64,000 nt of DNA from Candidatus Tenderia sp. (GCA_031416075.1 JANOSY010000088.1:9504-73503); one strand, 5' to 3'. Shown: positions 11,418-22,794, counted from the stretch's first letter. Made by a program: numbers and translations. The notes: generated from the letters alone by a model not told the origin.

Positions 11418-11446
11418 GATGCATCAATGGAAAATGTACATTCAAA
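11418..11446 (-). promoter_or_regulatory. possible sigma-32-type heat-shock promoter upstream of lon
   Basis: On the minus strand, TTTGAATGT…CCATTGAT resembles the E. coli lon TTGAATGTG…CCCCATAT elements. Seen by eye only. Confidence 0.25.
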
Positions 11447-11540
11447 ACCGGACGAGACAAAACAGAGACCGGCCCACCCTTCGCGTCATAAAGGGTAAAT
11501 TGGGCCTTTAATGATAAATATCAAGTTCGTTTACAAAAAA

Positions 11541-12830
11541 TTAACCGTCATTATTTGCAACACGACCTTGATGCTCATCTTGACTGTAAATCAACAACGG
11601 CTGAGACTCGCCTTTAATCACACCTTCGTCAATCACAACCTTAGTAACGTTGTCCATAGAAGGCAGGTCATACATGGTATCAAGCAACGTGTTTTCGAGA
11701 ATCGAGCGTAACCCACGAGCACCCGTTTTACGCTCCATGGCCTTACGAGCCACCGCGTAGAGCGCATCCTGACGAAACTCCACTTCGCATCCTTCCATCT
11801 CAAAAAGTTTGGCATACTGTTTGGTAATGGCATTTTTTGGCTCAGTCAAAATCCGAATCAATGACTCCTCATTCAGCTCCTCCAGTGTCGCTGTCACCGG
11901 CAAACGGCCAACAAACTCTGGGATCAAACCAAATTTCATCAAATCTTCAGGCTCTACTGAACGAAACAGCTCACCCACACTCTTTTTATCATCCTTGCCT
12001 TTTACTTCTGCCGAGAAGCCAATCCCCCCCTTTTCAGAACGATCACGAATAATACGTTCCAGTCCGGCAAAAGCGCCGCCACAAATAAACAGTATGTTAG
12101 AGGTATCCACTTGCAAAAACTCTTGTTGTGGATGTTTGCGCCCCCCTTGAGGTGGAACCGATGCTACAGTACCCTCAATCAACTTCAGCAGCGCCTGCTG
12201 CACACCTTCCCCAGAAACATCACGTGTAATGGATGGGTTATCTGACTTGCGTGAGATTTTATCAATTTCATCGATGTAAACGATCCCCGTCTGGGCCTTT
12301 TCAACATCGTAATCACATTTCTGCAACAGTTTCTGAATAATATTTTCCACATCTTCACCCACGTACCCCGCTTCTGTCAGCGTAGTCGCGTCAGCGATAG
12401 TAAAAGGGACATCAAGCAGACGCGCAAGGGTTTCTGCTAGCAACGTCTTACCGCTACCCGTCGGGCCAATTAGAAGAATATTGCTTTTGGTTAGCTCAAC
12501 ATCGCCCTTTTTTTGCCCTGCCTCAAGTCGTTTATAGTGGTTGTAAACAGCAACAGCGAGCACTTTCTTAGCCGTCATCTGGCCAATCACATACTCATCA
12601 AGGATGGCGTTAATTTCGTGAGGAACAGGTAGTTTACGGTTTTTACCAACCGCACTGCTCTCCTGTAACTCTTCACGAATAATGTCGTTACAGAGTTCAA
12701 CACATTCATCACAGACAAACACTGACGGACCAGCAATCAGCTTTCTTACTTCATGCTGGCTTTTGCCGCAAAAGGAGCAATACAGCAGTTTCTTGCTGTC
12801 TTCACCACCACCGCTCTTTTCGTCACTCAT
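11541..12830 (-). CDS. clpX: ATP-dependent Clp protease ATP-binding subunit ClpX
   Basis: 429 aa with a zinc-ribbon [26 protein letters not shown] and AAA+ GPTGSGKT. An SD AGAGGTGG is present. Confidence 0.95.
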   Translation of the reverse strand: MSDEKSGGGEDSKKLLYCSFCGKSQHEVRKLIAGPSVFVCDECVELCNDIIREELQESSAVGKNRKLPVPHEINAILDEYVIGQMTAKKVLAVAVYNHYKRLEAGQKKGDVELTKSNILLIGPTGSGKTLLAETLARLLDVPFTIADATTLTEAGYVGEDVENIIQKLLQKCDYDVEKAQTGIVYIDEIDKISRKSDNPSITRDVSGEGVQQALLKLIEGTVASVPPQGGRKHPQQEFLQVDTSNILFICGGAFAGLERIIRDRSEKGGIGFSAEVKGKDDKKSVGELFRSVEPEDLMKFGLIPEFVGRLPVTATLEELNEESLIRILTEPKNAITKQYAKLFEMEGCEVEFRQDALYAVARKAMERKTGARGLRSILENTLLDTMYDLPSMDNVTKVVIDEGVIKGESQPLLIYSQDEHQGRVANNDG

Positions 12831-12897
12831 GTTTCCACCTCTATGTGTGAACCATCTCTTTAAAGATTGCCGACAAAACTCATCATGCCTTTAAATA

Positions 12898-13536
12898 TCA
12901 ACCTCTGGACTCCAACACGGAGTCAATCAATCCATACTCCACAGCCTGCTGCCCACTCATGAAGTTATCACGATCAGTATCATTCTGGATTTTCTCCATG
13001 GACTGTCCGGTATGTTTCGCCAGAATTGTATTCAAGCGGTCACGCACAGCCAAGATCTCTCTGGCATGAATATCAATGTCAGTCGCCTGTCCTTGGAACC
13101 CACCCAACGGCTGATGAATCATCATACGTGAGTGTGGCAGACAATAGCGTTTTCCTGCGGCACCACCGGCCAACAACAGTGCGCCCATGCTGGCAGCCTG
13201 ACCGATACACATGGTACTGACATGTGGTTTGATAAACTGCATGGTGTCGTAAATCGCCAGACCGGCAGTCACGGCACCGCCTGGGGAGTTAATATAGAGG
13301 TGAATATCCTTGTCAGGATTTTCGGATTCCAGAAACAGCAGCTGAGCAACCACTAGATTAGCCATGTAATCTTCCACAGGCCCCACCAGAAAGATAACTC
13401 GCTCTTTCAGTAGCCGTGAATAGATATCATACGCGCGTTCACCACGGGCGGTCTGCTCAACCACCATCGGTACCAAGCCAGATGCGGTAATCAGTGAGGC
13501 ACTACCGGCCACCATTTTATCGGTCATTTGCTGCAT
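12898..13536 (-). CDS. clpP: ATP-dependent Clp protease proteolytic subunit ClpP
   Basis: …[26 protein letters not shown]…YINSPGG…MIHQPLGG… Start was chosen at the internal ATG (MQQMTDK…) that has a GGAG SD. The track ORF extends to 13560. Confidence 0.85.
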   Translation of the reverse strand: MQQMTDKMVAGSASLITASGLVPMVVEQTARGERAYDIYSRLLKERVIFLVGPVEDYMANLVVAQLLFLESENPDKDIHLYINSPGGAVTAGLAIYDTMQFIKPHVSTMCIGQAASMGALLLAGGAAGKRYCLPHSRMMIHQPLGGFQGQATDIDIHAREILAVRDRLNTILAKHTGQSMEKIQNDTDRDNFMSGQQAVEYGLIDSVLESRG

Positions 13537-13637
13537 TCCCTTTACTCCGAAAGACCACATTTAAACCATCCAGCCTCGTACATCAGCGAAGATCTTCATC
13601 CGTTTTCTCAGAAAATCGAGGTCGACTGGCTCCAAAT

Positions 13638-14936
13638 TTACCTAGCCTGCATCACTTCGTCAAAGCCAGCTGCTACATCTTCAACTTTAACTACAGAGGC
13701 AATCCAATCAATAACCTGATCCTCAAGCACCAGCGCCTCAACGCCCGCAAGACGGGAGCGATCTTCGTAATACCAAGCAACAACCGCAGCCGCATCATCA
13801 TAACTGGAGGCTAACGTCTCGATCCGCGCACGCACTTTGTCTGCATCGGCACGAAACGCCTTTTCCCTAATCACTTCGCCCATCAACAGACCTAAGGCCA
13901 CACGGCGGCGCGCCTGTTCCATGTATGCGGTGCGTATTTCATCCGTAACAGGCTGATTCCCCTCGATTCCCATGCTCTGACGAGTCTGGCTGGCCATCTG
14001 CTCAATCTCACTCTCAACCAACGCTGATGGCAGGTCGACCGGATTGGCAGCAAAGAGCTTATCAAGAACCTGACTTTTAACCTGGCTGGCTATTTTCTGC
14101 TCCAGTTCACGGCTCATGCTATCACGCACATCTGCACGCAATGCATCAACACCCCCTTCTGATACCCCGAGAGTTTTGAGGAAATCAGGGTCATTCAAAT
14201 CAGGTAGTTTAGGACCGTTAACCTTTTGTACCGTCACATCAAAAGTCACGGGCTGGCCTGCCAATGCCTCATTCTGATACTGCTCGGGGAAGGTGACACT
14301 CACTTCGCGCTGCTCACCTGCGCTGACACCAATCAGCTGCTCCTCAAAGCCTGGAATAAACCGCTTGGAGCCGAGGATCAGTGGATAACCTTGTGCCTCG
14401 CCCCCCGCAAACGGCTCACCATTCAGTTTGCCCAGAAAATCAATCACAACTTGGTCACCCTCTGCGGCAGCGCGCTGCACCTCTTCCCAGTTGGCACGCT
14501 GCTTACGCAGCTTCTCAACCATTTCATCAATCTCTTTTTCACCCACTGCAACCGCCGGCTTTTGAATAACCATATCCGCTGGTACCACCACCTTCACCTC
14601 AGGGTAGACCTCAAATGTGGCAGTAAATGCAAATACATCTTCACTGGCGGCAGCCAGTTCAATCTTTGGTGTGCCCGCAGGACGCAAATTCTCTTTTTGA
14701 ACCGCCTGATAAAAGCTGTTCTGAACCATGTCCGCCTGAACTTCTTGCCGCACCTGTGCGCCATAGCGCTTCACCACAACAGTCAGCGGCACCTTGCCGG
14801 GGCGAAAACCGTCCAGGCGGACCCGCCCAGCCATGCTTTTAAGGCGCTGCTGCACCTCTTGTTCAACTCCGCCAGCGGGAAGTTCCACTGTCATGCGGCG
14901 CTCTAAACCTTCAGTCGATGTTACAGATATTTGCAT
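13638..14936 (-). CDS. tig: trigger factor
   Basis: MQISVTSTEGLERRMTVELPAGGVEQEV… with an FKBP-type PPIase core. The ATG at 14936 has a GAGGAAG SD. The track ORF starts at TTG 14972. Confidence 0.9.
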   Translation of the reverse strand: MQISVTSTEGLERRMTVELPAGGVEQEVQQRLKSMAGRVRLDGFRPGKVPLTVVVKRYGAQVRQEVQADMVQNSFYQAVQKENLRPAGTPKIELAAASEDVFAFTATFEVYPEVKVVVPADMVIQKPAVAVGEKEIDEMVEKLRKQRANWEEVQRAAAEGDQVVIDFLGKLNGEPFAGGEAQGYPLILGSKRFIPGFEEQLIGVSAGEQREVSVTFPEQYQNEALAGQPVTFDVTVQKVNGPKLPDLNDPDFLKTLGVSEGGVDALRADVRDSMSRELEQKIASQVKSQVLDKLFAANPVDLPSALVESEIEQMASQTRQSMGIEGNQPVTDEIRTAYMEQARRRVALGLLMGEVIREKAFRADADKVRARIETLASSYDDAAAVVAWYYEDRSRLAGVEALVLEDQVIDWIASVVKVEDVAAGFDEVMQAR

Positions 14937-15065
14937 GTTAACTTCCTCAGTGACGCCAAGGCGGCGAATCAACGGAACACAACACCCGTAGAGGGGAAGT
15001 GGTAACCGTACAGGGGTTTTTCAATGCTGGCGCCCCAGCTATTATGAACAGAAATTTATATTTTA

Positions 15066-15150
15066 TGGTGCGAAAGGAGAGACTCGAACTCTCACAGGTT
15101 GCCCCGCTGGAACCTAAATCCAGTGCGTCTACCAATTCCGCCACTTTCGC
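15066..15150 (-). tRNA. tRNA-Leu (TAG)
   Basis: The reverse complement GCGAAAGTGGCGGAATTGGTAGACGCACTGGATTTAGGTTCCAGCGGGGCAACCTGTGAGAGTTCGAGTCTCTCCTTTCGCACCA has a long variable arm and anticodon UAG. Confidence 0.9.
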
Positions 15151-15308
15151 AAAGTCAAAACATTAAGCAGGAAATGCGGCTATTATACAGCGACTTGCCC
15201 GCATCAGTAACCCCATGAAGTTACTTTTAATACAATCATTCTAAAAATATTTATGATTTAAAGCGGAAGTACTGGGGTAAGACCCAAAAACAGAGGATGA
15301 ACATAAAA

Positions 15309-15384
15309 TGGTGGGCCGTGAAGGACTTGAACCTTCGACCAAGTGATTAAGAGTCACCTGCTCTACCAACTGAGCTAACGGCCC
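15309..15384 (-). tRNA. tRNA-Lys (CTT)
   Basis: The reverse complement GGGCCGTTAGCTCAGTTGGTAGAGCAGGTGACTCTTAATCACTTGGTCGAAGGTTCAAGTCCTTCACGGCCCACCA has anticodon loop CUCUUAA. Confidence 0.85.
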
Positions 15385-15399
15385 TAAAGCTTAGGAATA

Positions 15400-15476
15400 T
15401 GGGGTGAACGATGGGGCTCGAACCCACGACAACCGGAATCACAATCCGGGACTCTACCAACTGAGCTACGCTCACC
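15400..15476 (-). tRNA. tRNA-His (GTG)
   Basis: G(-1)GTGAGCGTAGCTCAGTTGGTAGAGTCCCGGATTGTGATTCCGG…CGTTCACCCCA has an encoded extra 5' G and anticodon GUG. Confidence 0.9.
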
Positions 15477-15514
15477 ATAACGCAATAACTTACACTGTTT
15501 GGACGCTAGTGATA

Positions 15515-15591
15515 TGGTGCGCCCGGCAGGACTCGAACCTGCTACCCTCGGCTTAGAAGGCCGATGCTCTATCCAGATGAGCTACGGGCGC
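15515..15591 (-). tRNA. tRNA-Arg (TCT)
   Basis: GCGCCCGTAGCTCATCTGGATAGAGCATCGGCCTTCTAAGCCGAGGGTAGCAGGTTCGAGTCCTGCCGGGCGCACCA has anticodon UCU. Confidence 0.9.
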
Positions 15592-15653
15592 ATGGATCAC
15601 GACTCTACCACTGCATTCAACTAGGCCATTCATTCACAGTAGAAGCTGAAAAA

Positions 15654-15730
15654 TGGTCGGGGTAGGGGGATTCGAACTCCCGACATCCTGCTCCCAAAGC
15701 AGGCGCGCTACCAGGCTGCGCTATACCCCG
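15654..15730 (-). tRNA. tRNA-Pro (TGG)
   Basis: CGGGGTATAGCGCAGCCTGGTAGCGCGCCTGCTTTGGGAGCAGGATGTCGGGAGTTCGAATCCCCCCTACCCCGACCA has anticodon UGG. Confidence 0.9.
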
Positions 15731-15817
15731 ATGTTTACAATCCCGCCGTGCATGACTGCTAGCGGCTAGGAGGACGGCATATTACTCGTTGATTTTACTG
15801 TCGTCAATGCCCTGTTT

Positions 15818-16951
15818 TTAAATTGATGGTTTAAGAAAGCGCCAGACCAGTATCCAGGCTAAAAAACTTGTGGCTGCCGCTAGGCTATAGGTGGCCGTAG
15901 AGCCAACACCTTCCCATAGATAACCGCTGGCCAGACTACCCGCCGCACCTCCCGCGCCGAAACTGATGCTGCTATAGAGTGCTTGGCCACGCCCCTGGTG
16001 CTGGCCGGTAAAAAAACGGTGGATCAAGTGGATGATAACCGCATGATAGATGCCAAAACTCGCGGCGTGCAGCAACTGGGCGAATAACACCACCGCCAAC
16101 CACTCAACACCCCACGCCACCAGTAGCCAACGCGCTGTTGTAAGTACAAGACTGACCATCAGCAACAGGCGGGCACCGTAACGCGGCAGCAGTTTGTGCA
16201 TCACCAGGAAGACGCCAATTTCAGCCACAACACCCAACGCCCAGAGCTGGCCTATCAAGCCACGACCATAACCGTGCTCTTCAAGGTAGATGGTATAGAA
16301 GGTGTAGTACGGACCGTGGCTTGCTTGGGACAGAAAACAGACCACCAGGATCGCCAGCACTTCAGGTCTCAATAATACTGCAGTGATCGACTGATGGCTG
16401 CGCGCGGGCACACGCACCGGCTCTCTTGGCACCCATAACGTGGCAATCCAGGCGCCCAACAACATTATTAAGATGGCCTTGGGGATGATGTCAGGGCGAT
16501 GGGTTTCGAGTAGTGCACCTACGCCTGCCACCGAGAAGATAAACCCCACCGACCCCCACAGCCGGATAGAACCGTAACGGTGGCTCTCCTCCCCCAGCAG
16601 GCTCATGGTGGTAGCCTCAAACTGAGGCAGCGCCGCATTCCAAAAGAAGCTGAATAGCGCCATAACCATCACCATCCACCAGTATCCCTGACCTAGGAAG
16701 ACACCACCAAAGGTGATCAATGCCATGAGCACCCCTAAGCGCACAATCAGCACCTTTTGGCCCGAGCGGTCTGCAACCCAGCCCCAGATATTGGGGGCGA
16801 TGATTTTGGTGGCCATGATGACCGCCATCAGCTCGCCGATATCAGAGGCACCAAACCCTAGCGACTTAAGGTACAGCGACCAATACGGGACCAACACCCC
16901 CACAGAGGCAAAAAAGAAGAGATAGAAGTTGGAGAGCCGCCAATAGGGCAT
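15818..16951 (-). CDS. MFS transporter, phenylpropionate-permease (HcaT/PPP) family-like
   Basis: 377 aa with 12 predicted TM segments. Motifs RLWGSVGF and LWALGVVAEIGVF resemble HcaT-family permeases. Confidence 0.7.
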   Translation of the reverse strand: MPYWRLSNFYLFFFASVGVLVPYWSLYLKSLGFGASDIGELMAVIMATKIIAPNIWGWVADRSGQKVLIVRLGVLMALITFGGVFLGQGYWWMVMVMALFSFFWNAALPQFEATTMSLLGEESHRYGSIRLWGSVGFIFSVAGVGALLETHRPDIIPKAILIMLLGAWIATLWVPREPVRVPARSHQSITAVLLRPEVLAILVVCFLSQASHGPYYTFYTIYLEEHGYGRGLIGQLWALGVVAEIGVFLVMHKLLPRYGARLLLMVSLVLTTARWLLVAWGVEWLAVVLFAQLLHAASFGIYHAVIIHLIHRFFTGQHQGRGQALYSSISFGAGGAAGSLASGYLWEGVGSTATYSLAAATSFLAWILVWRFLKPSI

Positions 16952-17013
16952 TAGCGCCTCACAGATAGCGTGGTATAGATCGAACAGCCCAGCGGCTGTT
17001 CACGAGGACACCC

Positions 17014-18111
17014 TCAAGGGTGTGCAGGGATAATGGGGGTTGCGGAGAGCACATCCATATTCTGAGCGCGATGTCGCAGCAGATGGTCCATCAGCACCAG
17101 CGCCAGCATCGCCTCAGCGATCGGTGTCGCCCGAATGCCCACGCAGGGGTCATGACGCCCCTCAGTACTCACCTCGACCGCCTCGCCCTTTACGTTCACA
17201 CTCCGCCCCGACAACCGCATGCTAGAGGTTGGCTTGAGCGCGATGCTCACCACAATGTCCTGGCCGCTGGAGATCCCCCCCAAAACCCCGCCGGCATTGT
17301 TGCTCAGAAAACCTTCCGGGGTGATCTCATCCCGATGTTCGGTCCCCTTCTGCTCGATACAGCCAAACCCCGCGCCGATCTCCACCCCCTTGACTGCATT
17401 GATGCTCATCATGGCGTGGGCAATTTCCGCATCCAGGCGGTCAAAGATCGGCTCCCCCAGCCCTGGGATCATGCCGGTGGCGACCACATTGATCCGCGCA
17501 CCGATGGAGTTACCCTCTTTACGCAGCGCATCCATATACCGTTCCATCTCTGCCACCTTGTTGACATCCGGAGAGAAGAAGGGGTTTTTCTCCACCTCAT
17601 TCCAGTCGAAGGTTTCTGTTTTAATCGGTCCGAGCTGGGCCAGATAACCACGCACCTCAATACCATGGCGCTGTTGCAGAAATTTTTTGGCAATCGCCCC
17701 GGCAGCCACCCGCATCGCCGTCTCACGCGCCGAGGAGCGGCCACCACCGCGATAGTCACGCATCCCGTACTTCTGCTGATAGGTGTAATCGGCATGTCCA
17801 GGGCGGAAGCTGTCCATGATGTTGCTGTAGTCCTTGGAGCGCTGATCGGTATTTTCGATCATCAACCCAATGGGGGTACCGGTTGTTTTACCCTCGAACA
17901 CCCCGGAAAGAATTTTCACCAAATCACCTTCACGGCGCTGAGTGGTATGGCGCGACGTGCCCGGTTTGCGCCGGTCAAGATCGTGCTGCAGATCCGCTTC
18001 GCTCAGCGCCAGTCCCGGCGGACAACCATCCACTATCGCCCCCAGGGCGGGGCCGTGGCTCTCACCAAAGGTGGTGACTGTAAAGAGTTTTCCGTAGCTA
18101 TTGCCTGACAT
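17014..18111 (-). CDS. aroC: chorismate synthase
   Basis: [33 protein letters not shown]…[11 protein letters not shown]… matches full-length AroC. Confidence 0.95.
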   Translation of the reverse strand: MSGNSYGKLFTVTTFGESHGPALGAIVDGCPPGLALSEADLQHDLDRRKPGTSRHTTQRREGDLVKILSGVFEGKTTGTPIGLMIENTDQRSKDYSNIMDSFRPGHADYTYQQKYGMRDYRGGGRSSARETAMRVAAGAIAKKFLQQRHGIEVRGYLAQLGPIKTETFDWNEVEKNPFFSPDVNKVAEMERYMDALRKEGNSIGARINVVATGMIPGLGEPIFDRLDAEIAHAMMSINAVKGVEIGAGFGCIEQKGTEHRDEITPEGFLSNNAGGVLGGISSGQDIVVSIALKPTSSMRLSGRSVNVKGEAVEVSTEGRHDPCVGIRATPIAEAMLALVLMDHLLRHRAQNMDVLSATPIIPAHP

Positions 18112-18150
18112 GGTGGGTATACCCTAACAATTTGGTGGATAAAGCAGTGG

Positions 18151-19533
18151 TTAAATAACCTTGGAAAACCGTTGTGTCTGGTCCTGCCGCAGATATTTAT
18201 CAAATACCATACAGAGATTACGAATCAGAAAGCGGCCCGCGGGCTGGACCCGAATAGCAGTCTCATCAAAACTGATCAGGCCATCCTCAGCCAGCTGCTC
18301 AAGCGCGCCCCGCTCAACTGCAAAATAGTCATCAAAATTAATGCTGTACTTAGTCGCAACCGCCTGTTTATCCAGTTTGAAGTTACACATTAGCTCAGTG
18401 ATGATGTCGCGACGCAGCCGGTCATCCACATCCAGCTCAACACCACGAAACAGCGGCAGGTGGTCGGCATCAATGGCGGCGCAATACTCATCCATCGTCC
18501 GTCTGTTTTGCGAATAGCTGCTGCCCACCTTACCAATGGAGGTCACGCCCAGACCAATCAGGTCACAATCAGCATGGGTGGAGTAACCCTGAAAGTTGCG
18601 GTAGAGCTGCCCTTGACGCTGCGCCTCTGCCAACTCATCCCTCGGCTTGGCAAAGTGATCCATACCAATATATACATACCCGGCCTGCTGCAGACGTTCA
18701 TTGGTCATCTGCAGGATCTCGAGTTTCTGCTGTGACGACGGCAGCTGATCCTCTTTGATCCGGCGCTGTGGCGGGAACATCTCGGGCAGGTGGGCGTAAT
18801 TAAAGACCGAGAGGCGGTCAGGGTCGACCGCCAAGATACGATCAAGGGTTTTACTAAAGCTCCCGACTGTCTGGAACGGCAGGCCGTAGATCAGATCGAT
18901 ACTGGTCGACTTGAACCCCGCCTGACGCGCCTGATCCAGCACCGCCATGGTCTCGGCCTCACTCTGAATCCGGTTAACCGCTTTTTGCACCTGCGGATCA
19001 AAATCCTGTACCCCCAGACTCATGCGATTAAAACCGAGCTCACGCAGCAGCTTGATACTGTCAGAGGTCACCTCACGTGGGTCGATCTCGATGGAGTATT
19101 CGCCGCTGTCGTCATCGCGCAGATTGAAATATTTGCGGGTCTGCGCCATCAGCTCGCGCATCTGCTCCGGGCTGATAAAGGTCGGGGTGCCGCCGCCCCA
19201 GTGCAGCTGGTCCACCATGCGCGAGCTGTCGAACAGTTCGGACTGCATCGCCAGCTCTTTATATACACGGTCAAGGTAAGGCTGCGCCTTGCTGCGATCT
19301 TTGGTCGCAATCTTGCTGCAGGCACAATAGAAACAGACCGTATCGCAAAAGGGGATGTGAAAATAGAGTGAGAGTGGCTGTCCAGCGTCATTGGTAGCCC
19401 CGGCAATGCGGCGATACTCAGACTCGCCAAACCCCTCATGGAACTGCACCGCCGTTGGATAGGAGGTGTAGCGCGGACCAGACTTGTCATAGCGGTTGAT
19501 CAATTCAAGATCAAAAACAAGGGATTGGTCCAC
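18151..19533 (-). CDS. hemN: oxygen-independent coproporphyrinogen III oxidase (radical SAM) HemN
   Basis: 460 aa, …YDKSGPRYTSYPTAVQF…YFHIPFCDTVCFYCAC… with the CxxxCxxC radical-SAM motif. Confidence 0.9.
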   Translation of the reverse strand: MDQSLVFDLELINRYDKSGPRYTSYPTAVQFHEGFGESEYRRIAGATNDAGQPLSLYFHIPFCDTVCFYCACSKIATKDRSKAQPYLDRVYKELAMQSELFDSSRMVDQLHWGGGTPTFISPEQMRELMAQTRKYFNLRDDDSGEYSIEIDPREVTSDSIKLLRELGFNRMSLGVQDFDPQVQKAVNRIQSEAETMAVLDQARQAGFKSTSIDLIYGLPFQTVGSFSKTLDRILAVDPDRLSVFNYAHLPEMFPPQRRIKEDQLPSSQQKLEILQMTNERLQQAGYVYIGMDHFAKPRDELAEAQRQGQLYRNFQGYSTHADCDLIGLGVTSIGKVGSSYSQNRRTMDEYCAAIDADHLPLFRGVELDVDDRLRRDIITELMCNFKLDKQAVATKYSINFDDYFAVERGALEQLAEDGLISFDETAIRVQPAGRFLIRNLCMVFDKYLRQDQTQRFSKVI

Positions 19534-19595
19534 GGCACACTCCAGTCAATACAGATGTCGGGACATTATAGGGGCATAGGGCGATGATTAAAACG

Positions 19596-20498
19596 TTATA
19601 ACGCCGCCCGGAAGCGCATTTGATACTCGATCAGGGTTGCCGCACTCAGCATAAAGACCCCCTGGCCGCCACGTTCAAACTCCAGCCAGACAAACGGCAC
19701 CTCAGAAAAACGCTCCACCAGTGCCGCCTCACTGTTGCCCACCTCTACTATCAATACCCCGTTTTCTGTCAGAAAATCGGGGGCCTGAGCTAACATTCGC
19801 AAAACAATCTCCAGGCCATCGTCACCGGCGGCAAGCCCCAGCGTCGGCTCACAACGGAACTCATCAGCCATGGCCGCCAAATCTTCGGCATCAACATAAG
19901 GGGGGTTTGAAACAATCAGGTCGTAACGTCGCCCGGCCAGACCATCAAACAGGTTCGACTCAATCAACTCGACCTGCTCGCTGGCATCGTGGCGCTCAAC
20001 GTTGATCTGGGCCACTGCCAGCGCGTCGGCGGAGATATCGGCCGCATCCACCGTCGCCCATGGAAAGGCCATGGCGCAGGCGATGGCAATACAACCACTA
20101 CCCGTACAGAGGTCAAGCACTGCCGCCACCTGATCTGCCTCTACCCAGGGGGAAAACTGCCGCTCAATCAGCTCAGCAATAGGCGAGCGTGGTACCAATA
20201 CCCGCTCATCCACATAAAACGGCAATTCGGCAAACCAGGCCTCGTGGGTCAGGTAGGGGGCGGGCAGGCGTTCATCGATACGGCGGCGCAGCAGTGCCAC
20301 CACCGCATGTTTTTCACTGTCTGTCAGGCGACCACGCAACAGCTCCACCGGCACCCCGGGTTTAAGATACAGGGCATGCAACACCAGGTAGAGCGCCTCA
20401 TCCACCGCATTATCGGTACCGTGACCAAAAAAGAGTCCTGCTTCGTTAAAGCAGCTAGCACCCCAGCGAGCAAAATCGACCACCGTCTGCAGCTGCAT
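19596..20498 (-). CDS. prmB: 50S ribosomal protein L3 glutamine methyltransferase PrmB
   Basis: …[19 protein letters not shown]…[10 protein letters not shown]… Start was set at the internal ATG (MQLQTVVDF…) by alignment to E. coli PrmB. The track ORF reaches 20597. Confidence 0.85.
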   Translation of the reverse strand: MQLQTVVDFARWGASCFNEAGLFFGHGTDNAVDEALYLVLHALYLKPGVPVELLRGRLTDSEKHAVVALLRRRIDERLPAPYLTHEAWFAELPFYVDERVLVPRSPIAELIERQFSPWVEADQVAAVLDLCTGSGCIAIACAMAFPWATVDAADISADALAVAQINVERHDASEQVELIESNLFDGLAGRRYDLIVSNPPYVDAEDLAAMADEFRCEPTLGLAAGDDGLEIVLRMLAQAPDFLTENGVLIVEVGNSEAALVERFSEVPFVWLEFERGGQGVFMLSAATLIEYQMRFRAAL

Positions 20499-20544
20499 GC
20501 AGCCCACTTCACTTTTGTTACTCACGGTACACCTCTTGAAAAAA

Positions 20545-21243
20545 TCAGTCTGGCAGATAGGCAGAGAAGAGTGGTCGCAGCTCCTTGAGCAGGCCATCCA
20601 GCCGCAAGGGGAACATTCCGGAGAGCATCCCCCACTCCATCATGCACTGGGCTAACAACTCACCTTCGCCGGAAGCCTTCAGGCGCGACACCAGTGCGGT
20701 ATTGACGATCTCCAGATTCTGGTAAATCTCAACCACCCCCTCAAGATCAAACCGCGCCTCCTGGCCACTCTCCTGGCGGAAGGTCTGTGCCAGCAGGTAC
20801 GAAGAGGCGGCACGATACATGGTTTCAGCCTCACTTGCCAACGGCATGTGAAAACGGGCCAGCGGGCGGAAAAAAGCGGCATGTGGGCAGTCGCTGGTGG
20901 CCAGTAACAGGCCAATAAAAGAGCCTATCGCCTTCTGCACGGTGGTGGAGAGTGCCACCACTCGCCCTGACATCAACACCTTCAGTGTCACCGAGTCCAG
21001 CATGTCCAGATCACGACTCTGTTCCGCCAGCTTTGCCAGATTCAGCGCTGCCGGGCAGTAGGGGGATTTGTCACTGCTCAATGGACAGTTTTTACACTGA
21101 TGGTTTTGCAGCGCCGCCCACTGCGGCGGTTTGCTCGGCACCCAACCCACGGGTACCAGAGAGTCCGCACGAAGATGGAGCTCGAACTGCCGCTCGGCAC
21201 CATCTGCAAACGTGAGTCGATAGTTGATTTTATTAATCTTCAC
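20545..21243 (-). CDS. hypothetical protein with a Cys-rich motif ([20 protein letters not shown]…SDCPH)
   Basis: 232-aa ORF upstream of prmB in an operon-like arrangement. No family recognised from the sequence. Confidence 0.5.
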   Translation of the reverse strand: MKINKINYRLTFADGAERQFELHLRADSLVPVGWVPSKPPQWAALQNHQCKNCPLSSDKSPYCPAALNLAKLAEQSRDLDMLDSVTLKVLMSGRVVALSTTVQKAIGSFIGLLLATSDCPHAAFFRPLARFHMPLASEAETMYRAASSYLLAQTFRQESGQEARFDLEGVVEIYQNLEIVNTALVSRLKASGEGELLAQCMMEWGMLSGMFPLRLDGLLKELRPLFSAYLPD

Positions 21244-21277
21244 GGCAATACCACACTCCAGCCCAGGGTTACCCGCA

Positions 21278-22387
21278 CTATTTCAACAACGTCACTGCTT
21301 CAACATAGGGATAGCCCAGATTCTCGGCCACCGCCCGGTTTGTCACCTGGCCACGGTAGAGATTAAGGCCGCTCCGCAAACCACTATTATTCACCAGCGC
21401 CCGCTCCCCTTCCGCCGCCAGCTGCATGGCATAAGGCAGGGTGGCGTTGGTCAGAGCCAGGGTCGCAGTACGGGCGCAGGCACCGGGCATATTGGTGACG
21501 CAGTAGTGAACCACCCCTTCGTCGATATACATAGGCGCAGAGTGGCTGGTTGGACGCGAGGTTTCGATACAGCCTCCCTGGTCAATCGCAACATCCACAA
21601 TCACCGCCCCCTGCTGCATCTTTTTCACCAGCGCCCGCGATACCAGCTTGGGGGCAGCATGGCCGGGGATCAACACCGCACCGATCAACAAATCGGCCTG
21701 TGGCAACAGCTCTTCCAGCGCATAAGATTCCGAGTAGCGGGTTTTAAGCGCCGGGCCAAACAGGTCATCGAGCTGCCGCAACCGCTGCAAGCTGCGGTCA
21801 AGCACCGTCACATCGGCCCCCAGCCCCAGCGCCATTTTGGCCGCCTCGGTGCCCACCACACCGCCACCAATGATCACCACTTTGCCCCGCGCCACGCCCG
21901 GCACACCGCCGAGCAACACCCCCCGTCCGCCATTGATCATCTGCAGACCGGCGGCACCTGCCTGAATGGCGATACGCCCCGCCACCTCACTCATCGGAAT
22001 CAACAGGGGTAACTGGCCGTTGGCATCGGTGACCGTTTCATAGGCAATGGCCACCACTTTGCGCTCAAGCAGATGGCGAGTCTGTTCAGGATCCGGGGCA
22101 AGGTGCAGGTAGGTGAAGAGCAGCTGCCCTTCGTGCAGCATGGCAAACTCACTGGCTTGTGGCTCTTTAACCTTCACCACCATGGGGCAGCTGTAAACCT
22201 CTGCCGCTGTGGCAACAATCGTCGCCCCCGCATGGCGGTAATGGTCATCCACAAAGCTGATCACCTGACCAGCACCGCTCTGTACCCACAGCTCATGGCC
22301 AGCGGCCACCAGTGCCTTAACCCCAGCGGGTGTCACCCCCACACGAAACTCGTGATCTTTTATCTCTTTTGGGACACCTATTTTCAT
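21278..22387 (-). CDS. ald: alanine dehydrogenase
   Basis: MKIGVPKEIKDHEFRVGVTPAGVKALVAAGHELWVQSGAG… with a Rossmann GGGVVGTEAA. Confidence 0.9.
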   Translation of the reverse strand: MKIGVPKEIKDHEFRVGVTPAGVKALVAAGHELWVQSGAGQVISFVDDHYRHAGATIVATAAEVYSCPMVVKVKEPQASEFAMLHEGQLLFTYLHLAPDPEQTRHLLERKVVAIAYETVTDANGQLPLLIPMSEVAGRIAIQAGAAGLQMINGGRGVLLGGVPGVARGKVVIIGGGVVGTEAAKMALGLGADVTVLDRSLQRLRQLDDLFGPALKTRYSESYALEELLPQADLLIGAVLIPGHAAPKLVSRALVKKMQQGAVIVDVAIDQGGCIETSRPTSHSAPMYIDEGVVHYCVTNMPGACARTATLALTNATLPYAMQLAAEGERALVNNSGLRSGLNLYRGQVTNRAVAENLGYPYVEAVTLLK

Positions 22388-22794
22388 TGGCCGACTTTGG
22401 CGCTCCAGGCACGCAGCACCGATTGCGCCAGCGTCATTGGATCAAAGGGCTTGGCAATCACTTCAATGGCACCCAGGGATTTAAAGTGCGCCACCTCTTG
22501 TGGCTGCACCTTGGCGGTCATAAAGATCACCGGCACCTGTGCCAATTCGGGGAGTTTACGCAGTTCTGTCAGCGTGGTTGGGCCATCCATGCCGGGCATC
22601 ATCACATCCAAAAGCAGCAACTGCGGGGCAAAGGCCACCGCATTGGCCACCGCCTCTGCGCCCGCACTAAAGACTGCCAGCTCAAATCCACCCACCGCCT
22701 CCAAAGCAATCTTGGCGATTGCCTGAATATCCGGTTCATCCTCTACATACAAAATCCGTTTCAGTTCAGATTGACTCAATTGTAACCCCTCCAT
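22384..22794 (-). CDS. single-domain response regulator (CheY-like receiver)
   Basis: 136 aa, …ILYVEDEPDIQ…LLLLDVMMPGMDG…FMTAK… Its stop overlaps the ald start by 4 nt. Confidence 0.8.
   Translation of the reverse strand: MEGLQLSQSELKRILYVEDEPDIQAIAKIALEAVGGFELAVFSAGAEAVANAVAFAPQLLLLDVMMPGMDGPTTLTELRKLPELAQVPVIFMTAKVQPQEVAHFKSLGAIEVIAKPFDPMTLAQSVLRAWSAKVGQ

Noticed and set aside
14947-15144. 65-aa minus ORF overlapping tRNA-Leu
   Set aside because: The sequence folds as a canonical tRNA-Leu(UAG). Treating it as an ORF is an artefact.
17020-18108. 362-aa plus-strand ORF covering aroC
   Set aside because: Antisense shadow of the clearly conserved chorismate synthase frame. Its composition is Arg/His/Pro-rich and typical of GC-rich antisense frames.
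21224-22012. 262-aa plus-strand ORF antisense to ald, and similar antisense ORFs in hemN, prmB, guaA, guaB and infB
   Set aside because: All are embedded opposite strongly supported housekeeping CDSs and lack start context. The stop-codon paucity of GC-rich DNA explains them.
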